DNA of 59,331 nucleotides, filler included, from Rhizaria sp. SCN 62-66 (Eukaryota), in the NCBI GenBank assembly GCA_001724265.1. It is 3 parts of 3 records of this genome, joined end to end, with 100 filler letters (N's around TTAATTAATTAA, not from the genome) between each part and the next. Parts side by side here need not be neighbours in the genome. Positions count along the whole stretch, not along the records: positions 1 to 19,874 come from MEDY01000461.1; positions 19,975 to 39,755 come from MEDY01000462.1; 1 more part is not named here. The stretch is one strand, 5' to 3'. Each line of letters begins with the position of its first letter. The first letter of the stretch is position 1. The position numbers and the translations under genes were made by a program. Under the pieces are notes generated by a model. The model did no database searches. It was not told the origin of the DNA and saw only the letters and a program-made list of their open reading frames with translations. Below are positions 11,416 to 24,093 of the stretch, in pieces.

Positions 11416-12959
11416 CCAGTCTTGGCAACATTCACAGCGCCAGCTTCACCAACAGGAGAACCCGCATCCTGCGCCTCAGCACTGCTCGCCTGTCCCTGTC
11501 CCTGAGCCTCCGCCTCTGCCTCTGCCTCAGCAGCCTCGAGCGCGGCGACTGCAGCGGCGGCAGCCGCGGCCTCGGCCTTGGCGGCGGCTTCGCGCTTGCG
11601 CTGCTGCTCGCCGACGCCCATCGCCGTCCGCGCGAAGCGGCGGCCGCGGTCGTCGACGCCCACGGCGAGTGCCTCGTACACGGACGTCAGGCCGCGCAGC
11701 GCGGGGAGCGTGGCTGCCGTGAAGGCGACGGGGCAGGCCTGGAACGAGAGGCCCATGACGAGCGCGAGCAGGCGCAATGAGAGCGCCGACGCGGGGTCGC
11801 GCGGGGCGGCCACCATCTGCAGCACCGACGCGGGCGGCTTCCTGCCTCCACTGTTGTCCCCATCCCCGCTGTCCGTGTCGCCGTCGCTGTCGCCGGGGCT
11901 CGAGGAGGGCGCGACAGGGGGCTTGCGAGGGCACGTCACCAGCACCAGCGTGGGCGGCGGCAGCGGGGACGCGAAGGCCGCTGAGTACTCGCAGCCGTAC
12001 ACGCTCACGGTCAGCGAGCCGGTCAGCGAGCCTGTCAGCGAGCCTGTCGCCGCCGCCGCGCTCGCCGCTGTGGTGGACGCAGTTGCGGCGTCAGTGGCGT
12101 TGGCAGCTGCAACGGCGTCCTCAGTGTCGGCAAAGGTAACCGCGACAGTGCTGAGCGGCGCCTCACTGGCGTCCATCAAGTTCACGCCCACACCGTCGCT
12201 GGGACTGGCGCCAGCGCAAGTGCCCGCGTTGATAGTCTCGTCACTGTTGGAGTCGTCGTCGTCCGGCGCCGCGTTCCAGTCGACGGCCCTGACCGTGAGC
12301 GCAACGTGCGGCAGCAGCGCGCGCAGCGGCGCCAGCGACACCGCCAGCGCGCGCGCAGCGGCGGCGCCCGCAGTTGTAGTCGCAGCCGCGGCAGCGCTAC
12401 CAGTTGCAGCTATCTTGTCACGCTCAGCAGCGGTGGCAGAGAGGGACGAACTTGAGACCGAAGCGGCTGCGGCAGCGATCAGGCCCGGTGCGACAAGATG
12501 AAGCTCTAGCGCAAGCGGGCGCGGCGCGGGGGACGCCATGAGGTCGAAGGTCGGTGCGGACGCGGCGGGGTACGACGTGTCATCGTCGCTGTCAGAGTCG
12601 AACGGGTTGCGGGGCGCGCCGGCACTCGCGCCGGCGTCGGCCGCAGGGCTGGGACCGGAACCATAGCCGCCGGTGTGCAGCGTGGCGAGCGCGCCGGCGA
12701 GCGTGGCGGCCAGCGGCGTGAGCCGGGACGCCGGGCAGGGTTCGGGCGCGGGGCTGGCGGCGGGGGCGGCGGCGTCATGGGCGTTAGTGGTGGTATGCGA
12801 GGCGAGGGCGAGGGAGGCCAGAGACGACGCGTAGCCAGGGTCTGCGGCGGCGATGAGCGCGTGCAGGTCGTCAAGGGAGCTCGCCGTGTGGTGGGCCGTC
12901 AGCAGGGCGCGGACGCGGGCCGGCACGGCGGCGGGAGAGGCATGGACACGAGAGTCCAT
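10773..12959 (-). CDS. Ala-rich hypothetical protein, ~728 aa, possibly with a divergent MSS51 C-terminal-like alpha/beta domain
   Basis: Long single-exon ORF with coding-like GC3, from ATG 12959 to TAA 10773, followed by an AT-rich intergenic region. Ordered segments (LELHLVAPGL, LRALLPHVALTVRAVDW, VSVYGCEYS..PTLVLV, PVAFTAAT) are separated by low-complexity inserts. The domain guess is weak. Confidence 0.7.
11327..11415. repeat. (CAG/GCT)n trinucleotide tract encoding poly-Ala with Pro interruptions on the minus strand
   Basis: Directly visible run of GCA with three GGA interruptions. Confidence 0.95.
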
Positions 12960-13625
12960 CGCTTCGCAGTCAGTCAAGTTGTCCAGAACACTGAAGATAC
13001 CTCACCACAGACAAGCCACAGCAGGAATATAAAAAAAGTTCAGCGGCTCTTCCTGCGTCTTAATTCAGAAAAAACAAGATATAACTGCCGGTGTGGACTG
13101 CGTATGTGGCGCGGGGTTCTAACGGTCGGCCTTATCGGCTCGATGTGGACGGCGTGACTGGGGGGCGGAGTCAGAGAGCATGTTGTGCGGAGATTTCGAA
13201 CCGCGAAACGACTCAATTTTACGTGCCTGTTAGCGCCCATGTAGAGTATCTAGATAGAACACACTTGGTTCTTATCTGAATTAAATTTATACGGTTATTC
13301 GTGGCTGATACAGGTCCCTGGTAACGTTCGGTGTTGTGCGTTTGCGGAGGTTTGAACATCTCACTATCCGTTTGTCTCGACGAACTCCTCCGCCATGTCT
13401 GGCCCCTGAGGCTGCGCCTGGTGCATGTCCGCACTGCTCTCAACGCACACTACTGACAACCGCTCTTTACTCTTTCTGTTTTGTCCTCATAGTTCGTTTT
13501 CCCGCTACTCCAGGTTTCATTGCCGCCGCTGTCGTTGTCGCCGCCGTCGTCCGTTGCCTAGTCCCGGTTCCGTCCTTTCGCAGCAGCCGCCCCCGTCGCC
13601 GCTGCCCCCATCCCGCCTGCCCGCG

Positions 13626-16600
13626 ATGATGCTGCATCCGATCACGACGACGGTCGTCGAGCGCGCGTCCGGCGCCTACTTCCGCTGCGGCATGGCTTCG
13701 ATGCAGGGCCGGCGCACAAGCATGGAGGACGCGCACATCGCCACCTCGCTGCCCGTGCCCGGCCTGCCCTCGCCGTCGCCGCTCGCCGGCGCCAACGTCT
13801 CCGTCTTCGGCGTCATCGACGGCCACGCCGGCGCGGACCTGTCGCGCTTCGTCGCGCTCAACCTGCCGCCGCTGCTCTCGACGCTCACGCCCACAGACCT
13901 CATGGACGACGCGCGGCTGCAGCAGCTTTTCCTCTCCCTCGACGCCGCCGCGCTCGCAGACCCCGCGCTGGCGCACCAGGGTGCCACGGCTTGCGTCGCT
14001 ATCGTCTGGCCCGCCGCGCGCCGCCGCCGCCGCCCCGCCACCGGCGCTGTCGCCGCTGAATCCACCGCCGAGTCCGAGCCTGAGGCTGAGTGGGAGTGGG
14101 TGACCGAGAGCCATCCGCTCAACGCTGCCGCGCAGCAGGCGATGCGCGAGCGCCTGCGCACTGAGACTGCGCGCTTCGACGAGGTCTTCACGTCCCGCGC
14201 CGTCGCGCCCACGCGCGCGCCATCGCAGCACCTGTACCAGGCCTCGGCCGCCGCCGTCGAGGCCTGCGAGGTCGAGGTCGAGCTCGCAGTCACCGTCATC
14301 AACCTCGGCGACTCGCGCGCCGTGCTCGTCCGCCAGTCTCCACCCTCGCCCCTCGAGGACGGCGACGCTGACGTCGACGCCGACGCCGACGCGGAGGCGG
14401 CCGCGCTGGCGGGCGAGCCCGAGGCGTCATACGCGGCGCTGACGATCGACCACACGCCCGCCGAGCCCTCGGAGGCGGCCCGCATCCGCGCCGCGGGCTA
14501 CCGCGTCGCCGACAACCGGCTGGCCATGCCGCGTGGCTCCCCCGTCTCGGCCTCGCTGGGGCCTTCGCGCTGCTTCGGCGACGTCATCTTCAAGCAGGCC
14601 GAGGGGCTGCCCGCCGCGGCGCAGGCGTGTACGGCCAACCCCCAGATCACGCGCACCCGCCTCGCGGCCGGCGACGTGCTGGCCATCTGCTGCGACGGCG
14701 TCTTCGAGGGCCTCGCCACGGACGACGTGGCGCTCGACGTTAACGGGCTGCAGGACGCCACTGGCGCCGCGGACCCCGCCCAGGTCGCGCAGGGGCTCGC
14801 GGGTCGCGCGCTCGCGGCTCAGTCGTGCGACAACCTTTCGGTGCTCATTGTCGCCGCGCTGTCGGGCGACAACTACCTCGCCTCGGCCTCGGCCGCGTCC
14901 ACGGCGGAGCAGCAGCGCCTCACGCAGGGCGGCGCCGCGCTCTTCTCGGCGCTCCCGGCGCGCGAGGTGCAGGTCGGCCCCTTTGAGCACCTGCTCGCCG
15001 ACGGCGTCCACCTCAACCGCAACTTCCTGCTCCAGTACTGCTCCAACCTGCTCTCGTCCTCGGCCATCGACGTTCCTTCGGCCGCGGCCGCCATGCTCGC
15101 GCTGGATCCCCGCGCCGGCGCGGCCGGGCTGGTCGCTGACGTGTGGGCGCTCTTCTCCGAGATGCAGGCGCTGCGTTTCACGCTCCAGTACGGGCCCGAG
15201 TTCGCGGTCGCCGCGGAGCTGCTCGGACACGTCTGCGGCGGCGCCAACCTCGCCGGTATCAACGCCAACAACGCCAACAACGACAACGACAATGCCGCTG
15301 CGACTGCGGCAGCTACTGCGACCGACTCTGCTGCGGAGGTTGCGGCCGCGCTGGGCGTGTTGCGCGCGCACGACTGGACGCCCAGCGCGGCTATTGCGGC
15401 GGCGGGCAACGCCGAGGTCGCCGCGACCGTGGCCGCTGCCGAGGCCACCATGATGACCGCACTCACTGCGGTGCTCTCGCCCGCGCACGTCGCCGCGCTT
15501 GCGCTTAACTTCCCCGCCTCCGCCTCCACCGCCGCCACTGAGAGCGCGGCCGCAGACGCCGTCGACAGCACCAGCAGCGACCCCGCTCTCGTGTCCGCGT
15601 CCGCGTCCACCGGCGGTTACGTCACTGCTGCGCAGCTCGCGCTGTGCGTGGCCACCGCCGCGCGCTTTGGCTCGGAGCGCATCTTCCACCGCGCATCGTT
15701 CCTGGCCGCGGCGGCCGCACGCTTCCCGGGCGCGTGCCTGCCCGCGCCGGCGCCCGGCGACGCGACGGCGCCGATCCCCGTCATCCGCAGCGACGTCACG
15801 CCCGCCATGGAGCAGGAGGGCCGTGCGCTGCTGCGTCGCTACGTCGCCGCCGCGCGCGCCAACAACACGCTTTCCGCCGGTGCCGCCGCGCTGCTGTCGC
15901 CGCCCGAGCTGCCCGCCGACGCCCCCGCCGCGGCCACTGCCGCCGCGGCGGAGGAGGCCGCCGCGATGGCCGCCGGCGCCCCCGCGCGCCAGATCTTCTG
16001 CCGCGTCGCGCGCGCCTTTGGCATCTCTGCGCGCCGCGTCGGGGCCGCGCAGCAACCAGCCATCGGCGCCGCCAGCGGGGTCAACCCTGTCACGGGCGCG
16101 CCTACGGCCGCCGCCGCCGCCGCCGCCGCGGCCGCCGCGGCACGGAACCCCTTCGCGCGCTTCCTGGTGGAGCTGGCGCAGGCCGAGGCCGCCGCGGCCG
16201 CGTCCGCCGCCGCCGCTGCCGCTGCCGCCGCCGCCGTGGCCGCCAGCGCGCCAGCGACGGTCCCCCAGCACGGCGCCGTCCTGGGCGCCGCGCTGGGCCA
16301 TGATGCCCCCGCCACGGCTACGGGCTCAGGCTCGGGCGCCGGCGCGGCGGCGGGCGCGGGTGGCGTGGGCGCGGGCGGCGTGTTCACCAGCAACGCGCGC
16401 GCCTTCTCCGCGTCGCTGCGCGGAACCCCGCTGCGCCGCCACGGCCTCGGTTTCGGGCTTGGGCTCATCGGTCACGGCCACTCGAGTTCGAGTGCGAGTG
16501 TGCCGATGTCGAGGCTGCCCCGCGCGATGCACTACGCGTTCGCGCCCATCTCTGCCGTCGACACTGGCGTTACCGCTAGCAACACCAGTGCCGCCGCCGC

Positions 16601-18345
16601 TGCCGCCGACGCCATCGCGGGCTCCGTGTTCGTCTCGGTGTCGTCGTCCGCCGCGGTCAAGGCCCTCGTCGCTAGCGCCACGCTCTCCACCACCCCCATC
16701 GCCACCAGCGTCATCACGACGACAGCTGACGCCAGTAGCGGGAGTATGTCGACTGCGCGGTCGTCGCGTCGCAAGTCGCTGCCCGCCGCCGTCGCCATCT
16801 CCGCCTCGGACCTCGACTTCGCCCCCACCGCGGACCGCGTTTCCGCCGCCGCCGCCGCCACGGGCCGCAGCGCTGGCGCTGGCAACAACAGCAGGAGCCG
16901 TGTGACGATTGCGTCCGCCGCCGCCGCCGCCGCCGCGCTCAACAGCCCCTCCAAGAAGGCCTCCGCGTCCCTCGGCCTCGCACCCCGCGCGGCGAGCGTC
17001 ACCGGCGCTGGCGCTGGCGCCGGCGCCGGTGTGGGCGCCAGCGGCTTTGTGGGCAGCACGGGCATGCGGCGCACACTGGGGCCGACGTTGCGGGTGACTC
17101 CCGTGACGGCGGCGGTCACGGCCTCGGTCGCCGCGGGCACCGTCGTCGGCCGCGCGCTCCGCTCCTTCTCCTCCAGCGCCACCCACAACAACGGCGGCAA
17201 CAACAGCGGCAACGGAAGTGGTAGCACTGTGAGCGACGCCGACTTCGATGCTTTGGTGCGCCGGCTGGGCGGCGTGACGCTGGATCCCGCCGCGCTGGCC
17301 GGCGACGATGCCGACGCCGCCGCCGCCACGGCCGCCGCCTCGGCGGAGCAGGCGGCGGCGGCGCTGCAGGCGCACTGCGACACCAACGACGGGTATATGG
17401 ACATGCCGCCGACTGAGGGCGAGGACGGCGACTTTGGCGACTTGCACCTGGGCGAGGTCCAGAAGGACGACGACGGCAACGAGTACGTTGACACGTTGGC
17501 GTCGGACAACGACAGCGAGTGGGAGCGCAACGCGATGGAGCAGATGCCACCGGAGCTGCGCGAGTATATCACGCCCGAGCTCATGTCCCGCGCGCGCGAC
17601 TTGCAGCAGCGCATGGACGCGCAGCAGGGCGACGACAACTACGGCATCACTGAGGAGGACTTCGTGTTCTCTGACTCGGAGCTGCTCGCCGAGCGGCCCG
17701 CGCCCGAGCCCAACCCCGAGCACCGCTACCGCCACGTGCCCAGCGCCATGCGCCACAGCTTCGGCTTCGACCCCGCCACGGCCGCGACGGGCGGCGGCGC
17801 GGGCTTCGCGAGCGCCGCCGCCTCGCTCGCGCCCGGCACTGCTGGCGGCGCCACCATCGGCACCCCGCAGCGCGGCGGCCCCGTCGGTGGCGACGGCGGC
17901 CGTCGCGAGTACTCGACCGCCTCGGTCTCCGCCTCAGTTTCCGCCTCTGTCTCCGCCTCTGGGGCTGTGCCCTCGACCCCGGCTTCGTCTTCCTCTGTGG
18001 CGAGCAGCGGCGGCGCTGTGTCGGTGTCGCCCGTGTCTGCGGCCACCGCGGCGGCCGCGGCGGCCATCGCGGCCGGCTCGCTGCTGCTGCCGCCGCCGTC
18101 GCCGTCGCCCACCCCCGGGAGCAGCGTCTGCGGCGGCGGCGTGAGCGGTGGCGTAAGCATGACCCTGAGCGGCAGCGGCAGCGACGGCAGTTGCGGCAGC
18201 AGCGGCAGCGGCAGCGGCAGCGGCAGCGTGTCCTGCACCTCCGGCTTCGGCTCGGGCCCCAACACGCCGCGCCGTATGCACCTGCACAGCCCCCGCGCAC
18301 CCGCTACGCCCGTGGGCGGGCTCTCGTCCAACGGCAGCACCGCCA

Positions 18346-18376
<31 letters not shown>

Positions 18377-18473
18377 GACGGGCCCAGGCGGGTCCGCGGC
18401 TGCGAGCGCCGTCGGGCGCGGGTCCGCCGCGCTCATGCAGGGCACGCTGCTCACCATGAAGAAGTTCGCGTGA
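13626..18473 (+). CDS. PP2C/PPM-family Ser/Thr phosphatase with ~1200-aa Ala/Ser/Gly-rich C-terminal extension; ~1615 aa (start could lie upstream, ORF open from 13425)
   Basis: All PP2C motifs are present in order: SMQGRRTSMEDAH, VIDGHAG, GATAC, INLGDSRA, LTIDH, SRCFGD, ICCDGVFE, SCDNLS. The catalytic domain spans ~13626-14860. A UBA-like segment (ALGVLRAHDWTPSAAI) lies near 15350. Stop is TGA. Confidence 0.9.
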
Positions 18474-18904
18474 AACGGGGCGGGCAGCGACGCTGCGAGG
18501 TTGTCGCCATTGTCCCAAACGCTAGACTCTGCGACGCTTTGAAGTGCCTCGTCGAGTTGCGAGTTTCCAGCTAAGACTTGTTTGATACTGTGCTATGATA
18601 GGAAACCGATGTGTTCATGTCGTGTTTGAGTAGATCAAACACATATTGAACTCTTGTTCGTTTTCCCTCTGTCACGATTACCGTTACTGTTGCTGTTACC
18701 TGCCCTGTTAGCAATTTCACTGGCCACTCTGGCCAAGCGTATTTAATGCCAATCACTATTATTACATCCATTTATTATATTTCAAAACTATATTTAAAAA
18801 TAGACATAATTTATTTGGAACAATCTCGAGCTATTCGCAACTCATAAGCACTTGGCCTTTTGCTCTCAGCGACTCCGCAACGCCTCTGCTAAACTCTCAC
18901 ACGC

Positions 18905-19489
18905 TCAGACCCAGCGCCCCGTGTGTCCCTCGCGGGCCTCGCGGCCACGTAGATTGGCCTCTGCCACCATGCCCGCAACCTCGGCCTCCGCAGCCGCGCC
19001 CGCCGCAGCCCTGGCCCCGTCTGCTGGAGTGAGACTGTCAAGGACATACCTCTCTGCCAACGCCGCTTCATTGGCCGCCGCCACTGTGCGGAGCCTCTCA
19101 ACTTCGCGCCCCCGGGCAACAGCAAGCGCGATATGCGCGGCATTGGAGCCCCGCGCGGCGGCCTCCGCTGCGGCCGCGACGGTGCGCGGCGATGCGTCGC
19201 CCAGGTCGCCCGTCCAGCTCGTACGCTCGGGGCCGGAGACGGCGACGAGCGACACGTCAGCAACGCGGCGGCCGCGCATGGACGCTGCGTATGTGTCGTA
19301 AGAGCTGGAGCCGAGACCGCCGTATGGGATTGAACTGCCCATGTTGCGGAAGCGGCCGCCCAGCGACGAGGAACCGAAACTACCCGGCTGGAAGCCAGTG
19401 CCTGCGCTTGAAAAGCGGCTCGTCGCGGACGCAGAGCGGACCAGAGATGCCAGAGCCAGCGCACAAACAAGCGTGAGCAAGTACATCAT
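18905..19489 (-). CDS. Putative secreted protein, ~194 aa
   Basis: ATG 19489 is followed by a signal-peptide-like sequence (MMYLLTLVCALALASLVRSASA), then a Gly/Ser-rich region and an Ala/Glu/Arg helical region. Stop is TGA. Confidence 0.65.
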   Translation of the reverse strand: MMYLLTLVCALALASLVRSASATSRFSSAGTGFQPGSFGSSSLGGRFRNMGSSIPYGGLGSSSYDTYAASMRGRRVADVSLVAVSGPERTSWTGDLGDASPRTVAAAAEAAARGSNAAHIALAVARGREVERLRTVAAANEAALAERYVLDSLTPADGARAAAGAAAEAEVAGMVAEANLRGREAREGHTGRWV

Positions 19490-19874
19490 GCATTGTTGGT
19501 AAAAAAATCGATCTTGACTTTTATAGCGTCGAACAAGAAGAGTGATGAGGTATGAGTTCGGTTGAACTGACAAGCGTAGTAACTTGAACAACAGATTTTG
19601 AAGATTGCATGGCAGCGCTGAACCAAGGCGCAGTACTATTAAGTTAACAACTCAGTTGCAAGGCAAAGTCAGTAATAGAAAGTTTTATCATGTTCTTACA
19701 ATGTGGCGACAAGTGTGCGGACGTCTTTGCGTCAGGTGCGTACGAATTGACATGATGTTAAATTATTTTCAAGTTGTCACACGGGGGTCGCGAATTGGGC
19801 CGTTTGCCTCTCCCACCCCACATGTTTGTGATGTTGAGGCACCCCCCATCCCCAATAAACATCCCTAGATTACC

Positions 19875-19974
19875 NNNNNNNNNNNNNNNNNNNNNNNNNN
19901 NNNNNNNNNNNNNNNNNNTTAATTAATTAANNNNNNNNNNNNNNNNNNNNNNNNNNNNNNNNNNNNNNNNNNNN
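19875..19974. other. Artificial contig-joining linker (44 N + TTAATTAATTAA + 44 N)
   Basis: Exactly 100 bp with a six-frame stop cassette in the middle, identical in structure to 39756-39855. Confidence 0.98.
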
Positions 19975-22900
19975 GGGGCCGGCGCGGGCGGTGCGGGTGC
20001 GCGCCCGCGGCCTCGGCGGCGGCGGCGCGGCGCTCAACGACAAACTCGTGGTCGGCGCCGAGCAGGTCCGCCGGTGTGGCCTGCGTGCCAACGGTGCACA
20101 GCGACAGCGGCGCCGGAAAGGACGGATACAGCCACAGCGGACCGCGCAGCCCGGCCTTGACGCTCGACGCGGCGTCAGGCGCAGCGGCCGACGCGGCGGC
20201 GACGGCGGCCGGAGACGTCACTGCAGCAGCGGCGGCGGCGGCGGCGGCGGCGGACGAGTGCGTGCCGGCACCGTGGCCCGCGGCCTGTGCGCCCGTGATC
20301 GTGGAGATGGTCGCTGTAGCGGCGCCCGCGACAGCAACGGCGGCAGCGGAGAGCTTGCTGAAGAATCCCTTCTTGCCGCTCTTGCCGCTGGCCCCGGAGG
20401 CGGCGTCGGCCGCGCTGTACGTACCGGGCGGGCCGATGCGCGACGGCTCGGCGCCCGACGCAGCCTCGGCGTCGGCCTCTGCGGCAGCGGCAGCGGCGGC
20501 CATCGTCGCAGCCTCCTTGAGCTCGGGCGTGTCGGCGAACGAGCCGGGACCCGGCGGCACGGCGCGGCCGTTGACGTACACGCAGACCTGCGACACAAGC
20601 ACCTGCTCGTCCGCGGCCGCGGAGCTATTGTTGTTGCTCGAGCTGCTGCGGGCGGCGCTGTTGGCGGGCGAGATGAGTGCGGCAGCTGAGGCGGCGCGGC
20701 GCGGCAGCGTGGCGAGGTACGGCGCGCCCTGCGTCACGCACACGTGGTGCCACTGCTGCAGCCCGACGCCGGCGGCGGATAAAGGCACGCGGTACTCTGC
20801 GCGCCGGCCTGCCGCGGCTGTGACCGCGAAGACGAGGTCGAACGCGGCGGGCGACAGCCGCGACCGCAGCAGCGCGGGCAGCGGCGCGAGCAGAGCAGTC
20901 TCGCCCTGCGGCAGCAGCGACCACAGAGACGGCACGGCCTCGGCGGCGCCGCCCGTCATAAGCGCGGCCGCGACGGCCGCGGGCGACGGCGGGGCGGGCG
21001 CGGCGGGCGTGGGGCGGGGCGACGGCGCCAGGAACAGCTCGATCCCTTCGCCGCGCGCGTTGCCGAAGCTGAAGAGGAACGGCGACGGCGGCGGGAGCGC
21101 GGCCAGCTCGCTGCGCAAACAGTCAAGCGACGGCAGAGAAAGCTCGGCCAGGGCGGACTTGGCTGCAGAGAGCACGGGGTCGCCCGTGGCGGCCGCGGCG
21201 GCAGTCACGGCCTCGGCAAGCGTGGTTGGCAGCACGGGCGCCACGACGGTCTGGTTATAAGACCGGGCGGGGGTCGCAAAGCCGACGGGCAGCGGCAGCG
21301 GCAGTCCGTTTGCACCAACATTGTTCGCGCCACTGCCGGCGTTCCCACTGCGCGCAGGCGTCGCGGGCGCGGGCGTCATCGCGGTGGCGTTGCTCTGGCT
21401 GTGGCTACCGTGAGGGCCGGGCGTGGCCAGAGCGGTCACAGCGCCCTTAATGCGGGAAAACAAGCCGCCCTTGCGCGGTGTCGCAGCAACGGGCGTGGCT
21501 GCCACGGCGGTATTCCCGTTGCCAGCGCCAGCGGGGCGGCTGGGGGTCACCGGCGGCTCCAAACCATTGCCCGCACTGCTCCGAGCAGCCGGTGTGCTGG
21601 CTGCGGCGGCCACGGGTGTAGCAGCGAGCAAGCGGGCCTTTTCCTCCGCAGCCGCGACCGCCGCGGCGGCGACGGCGGCGGCAACAGTGCGCGCGCGCAA
21701 CCGCTGCTTGACCTGCGCAACTGTCACGCCGGCCTCAGCCAGCGCGTCGCGCAGCGCAGCGTGCTCCCGGGCAATGGCAGGCGCCCACTTGGCGATTAAG
21801 CGGGCTTCGGCCGCGGCGCCCGTGGAGTCGAGCCGAGCCCAGAGCGAGATGGTGTATCCGCGCGTGGGGAAGACAGGCAGCGGCGGCAGCACGAGTCCGG
21901 AGCGCGTACCCGTAAGGTGCAGATGCCGCGCGGGCGCAGCGAGCGGACGCGGGGGCGCGGCGGCCAGCGCGGCAGCGGCGAGCAGCGGCGCGGCTGTCTC
22001 AGAGCGCACGCGCGCGATGTACGACTGCGGCAGCGCGTGGGATAGCGCGAACGCCACGCCTGCGACAGCGGCGGGCGAGGACTGCAGCGCGGGCAGCAAG
22101 GCGGAGAGCAGGAAGGCAGGGATCGGCGTGCCGAGCGCAGGGTAGGGCTTGAGCTCGGAGAGAGGCGAAGTGAACGTGTCAGCTTCCTCACCTTCGCTGT
22201 CGTCATCGAAGCATTCTCTAGCACTCGCGCTCGCACTCGCGGCGCTATCGGTGGTATTTGCATTGGCGCGAGCCGCGAGCAGGGCAGCGCGGCGGAGAAT
22301 GCGCTCAGTGCCGCGCGAGTGCACGGCGTCGCGCATCTCAAGACTTTTGTGCTTCGCACTCGCAATACTCGCACTACTCTCAGTCGCAGTAGCGGTGGCA
22401 GTGGCGGTGGCACTAAAGCCGTGTTTAGGCTTCTGTGGCTGGTCAAGCAGCTCAGCCGGGACAGGGTTGCCGGCAGCAACTGCGACCGCGGCGACAACGT
22501 TAAGCGGAGGCCTAAAACCGGCGCCGGCGCCGTCTCTGCCGTTGCCGCCGCCGCCGCCGCCGCCGGTCTGGCCGTTGAGCGAGCTGAGCCGCGCCGCGAG
22601 CGCCGCGATGGCCGTGGCGTGGGCCGGTGACGCGCGGTAAGCCGCGAGCACAGCAAACAGCGCGGCCTGCAGACTGAAGCGCGCGCGCAACAGCGAAGCC
22701 AGCGCGGGGAGAGTCTGTGCCACAGTCACGACAAGCGCGGGTGCCGCTGACTCGGTGTCAACATCGAGACTGCCGTCCGTACTTGTGGGACTCATGCTGG
22801 AGCTTGTTGTAGCGGTGGTGCTGCTGGGCACGAAACGCATGAGGGGCGGGTACGTCTGCGAGAGCGACTGAAGCGCGAGCCCTGCGCCCGCGGCAGCAGA

Positions 22901-23593
22901 CGCGATCGCGGGCGCGGCGGCGGCGGCCGGGACCGGGGAGTCAAGCGCGGGGGCGAGCAGCGCGCGCAGTTGCGGGGGCGCGAAGGCCGCGGCGTGGGTC
23001 AGCCACGCAACGGCGAGCGCGTCGTTGAGCGAGCGGTCGAGCAGACGCAGGAGCAGGTCGGGCACGCAGGCGTCGCAGGCGGCGGCGCGTGTGTCGTATG
23101 AGACACTCAACGCGCGGCCCGCGGCCAGGAGCGTCTGCGTCTGCGCAGGGAGGGAAAGAAAGGGCAAGACGCGGAACAGCAGCGACACGAGCGCCGGGTT
23201 GGCAAGCGCGAGCGACGGAAGCGTCGCGGTGAAGAGCTGCGGGTGCGTGAAGGCGAAGCACGGCGCGCCCGCAGCGCCGTCGAGCAGCAGCGCGGCCAGG
23301 GCGTGGGCAGCCGACTCGAAGGCGGTCGCGGCGGCCGCGGGTGTAGCGCCGGGGGCGGAGACGTGCGCGGCGAGCAGCGGCAGCACGCGGGCGTCGTCCG
23401 CGGCCGTGTATGGCCGGGCCGCGGACGCGGGGCTCTGAATGGCGGCCGGCGAGAGGAACGCCAGCGCCGCGTCAAGCGCGTGGGTGAGAGGCGCATAGCG
23501 GTGGCGCGCCGAGGCGCACTCGCGGAGGAAGGCGCGGAAGCAGTGCAGTTGCGTGCGGTCCGCGCCCATAAGGGCAAGTGGGCGGACAGACAT
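19975..23593 (-). CDS. BEACH-domain family protein (neurobeachin/LRBA-like), N-terminal part with ConA-like lectin domain; 3' truncated by contig end
   Basis: SGLVLPPLPVFPTRGYTISLWARLD...PFLFSFGNARGEGIELFL...QWHHVCVTQ...VCVYVNG matches the ConA-like region of NBEA/LRBA-type proteins. The ORF runs into the linker, so the BEACH/WD40 part is not in the window. Confidence 0.75.
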
Positions 23594-24093
23594 CGCGGCA
23601 AACGGGGGCCGGGTTTGGGCGTGCAGGAGTGATCGAAGGAAGCGAGGTAGGGTATCTCACTCAATCGAGTGGCTAAAAGTTGGATCTAGTTTTAAAAGCT
23701 AAGAACCATGTTATAAGAAATGTAGGAATAATAAATTAAATGTCCAGTTAGTATTACACCACAAAATTCAATGGTAGTGTTAGTTTACGGATGAACACCC
23801 CTTCAAAAAGATACAATTCGTTTTAGCTCTGGGACGTCTTCGCCTGACAGCCACACACGGCAACTCGGTTGTGGCGCCAGTCCACGTCGTGAGCATTAAT
23901 CTCCGAACACTTCTGCGGCTTGATATATCTTCGGACGTGTATCTATTCGAGTTAAAAATGCGCAAATATGGTTATATATCAGGTTAATTGTATTATAATT
24001 CAAATATTCGAGTCTAGGTATAGTCCGTCAATGAAGGGACATGTTTCTGTTTCCGCGTCATCACTGATGGTGTTGTTCTTGCTCTGGTTCCTG

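Noticed and set aside
19919-19930. TTAATTAATTAA palindrome as a biological site
   Set aside because: It is centred in N runs and repeated identically, so it is an assembly linker.
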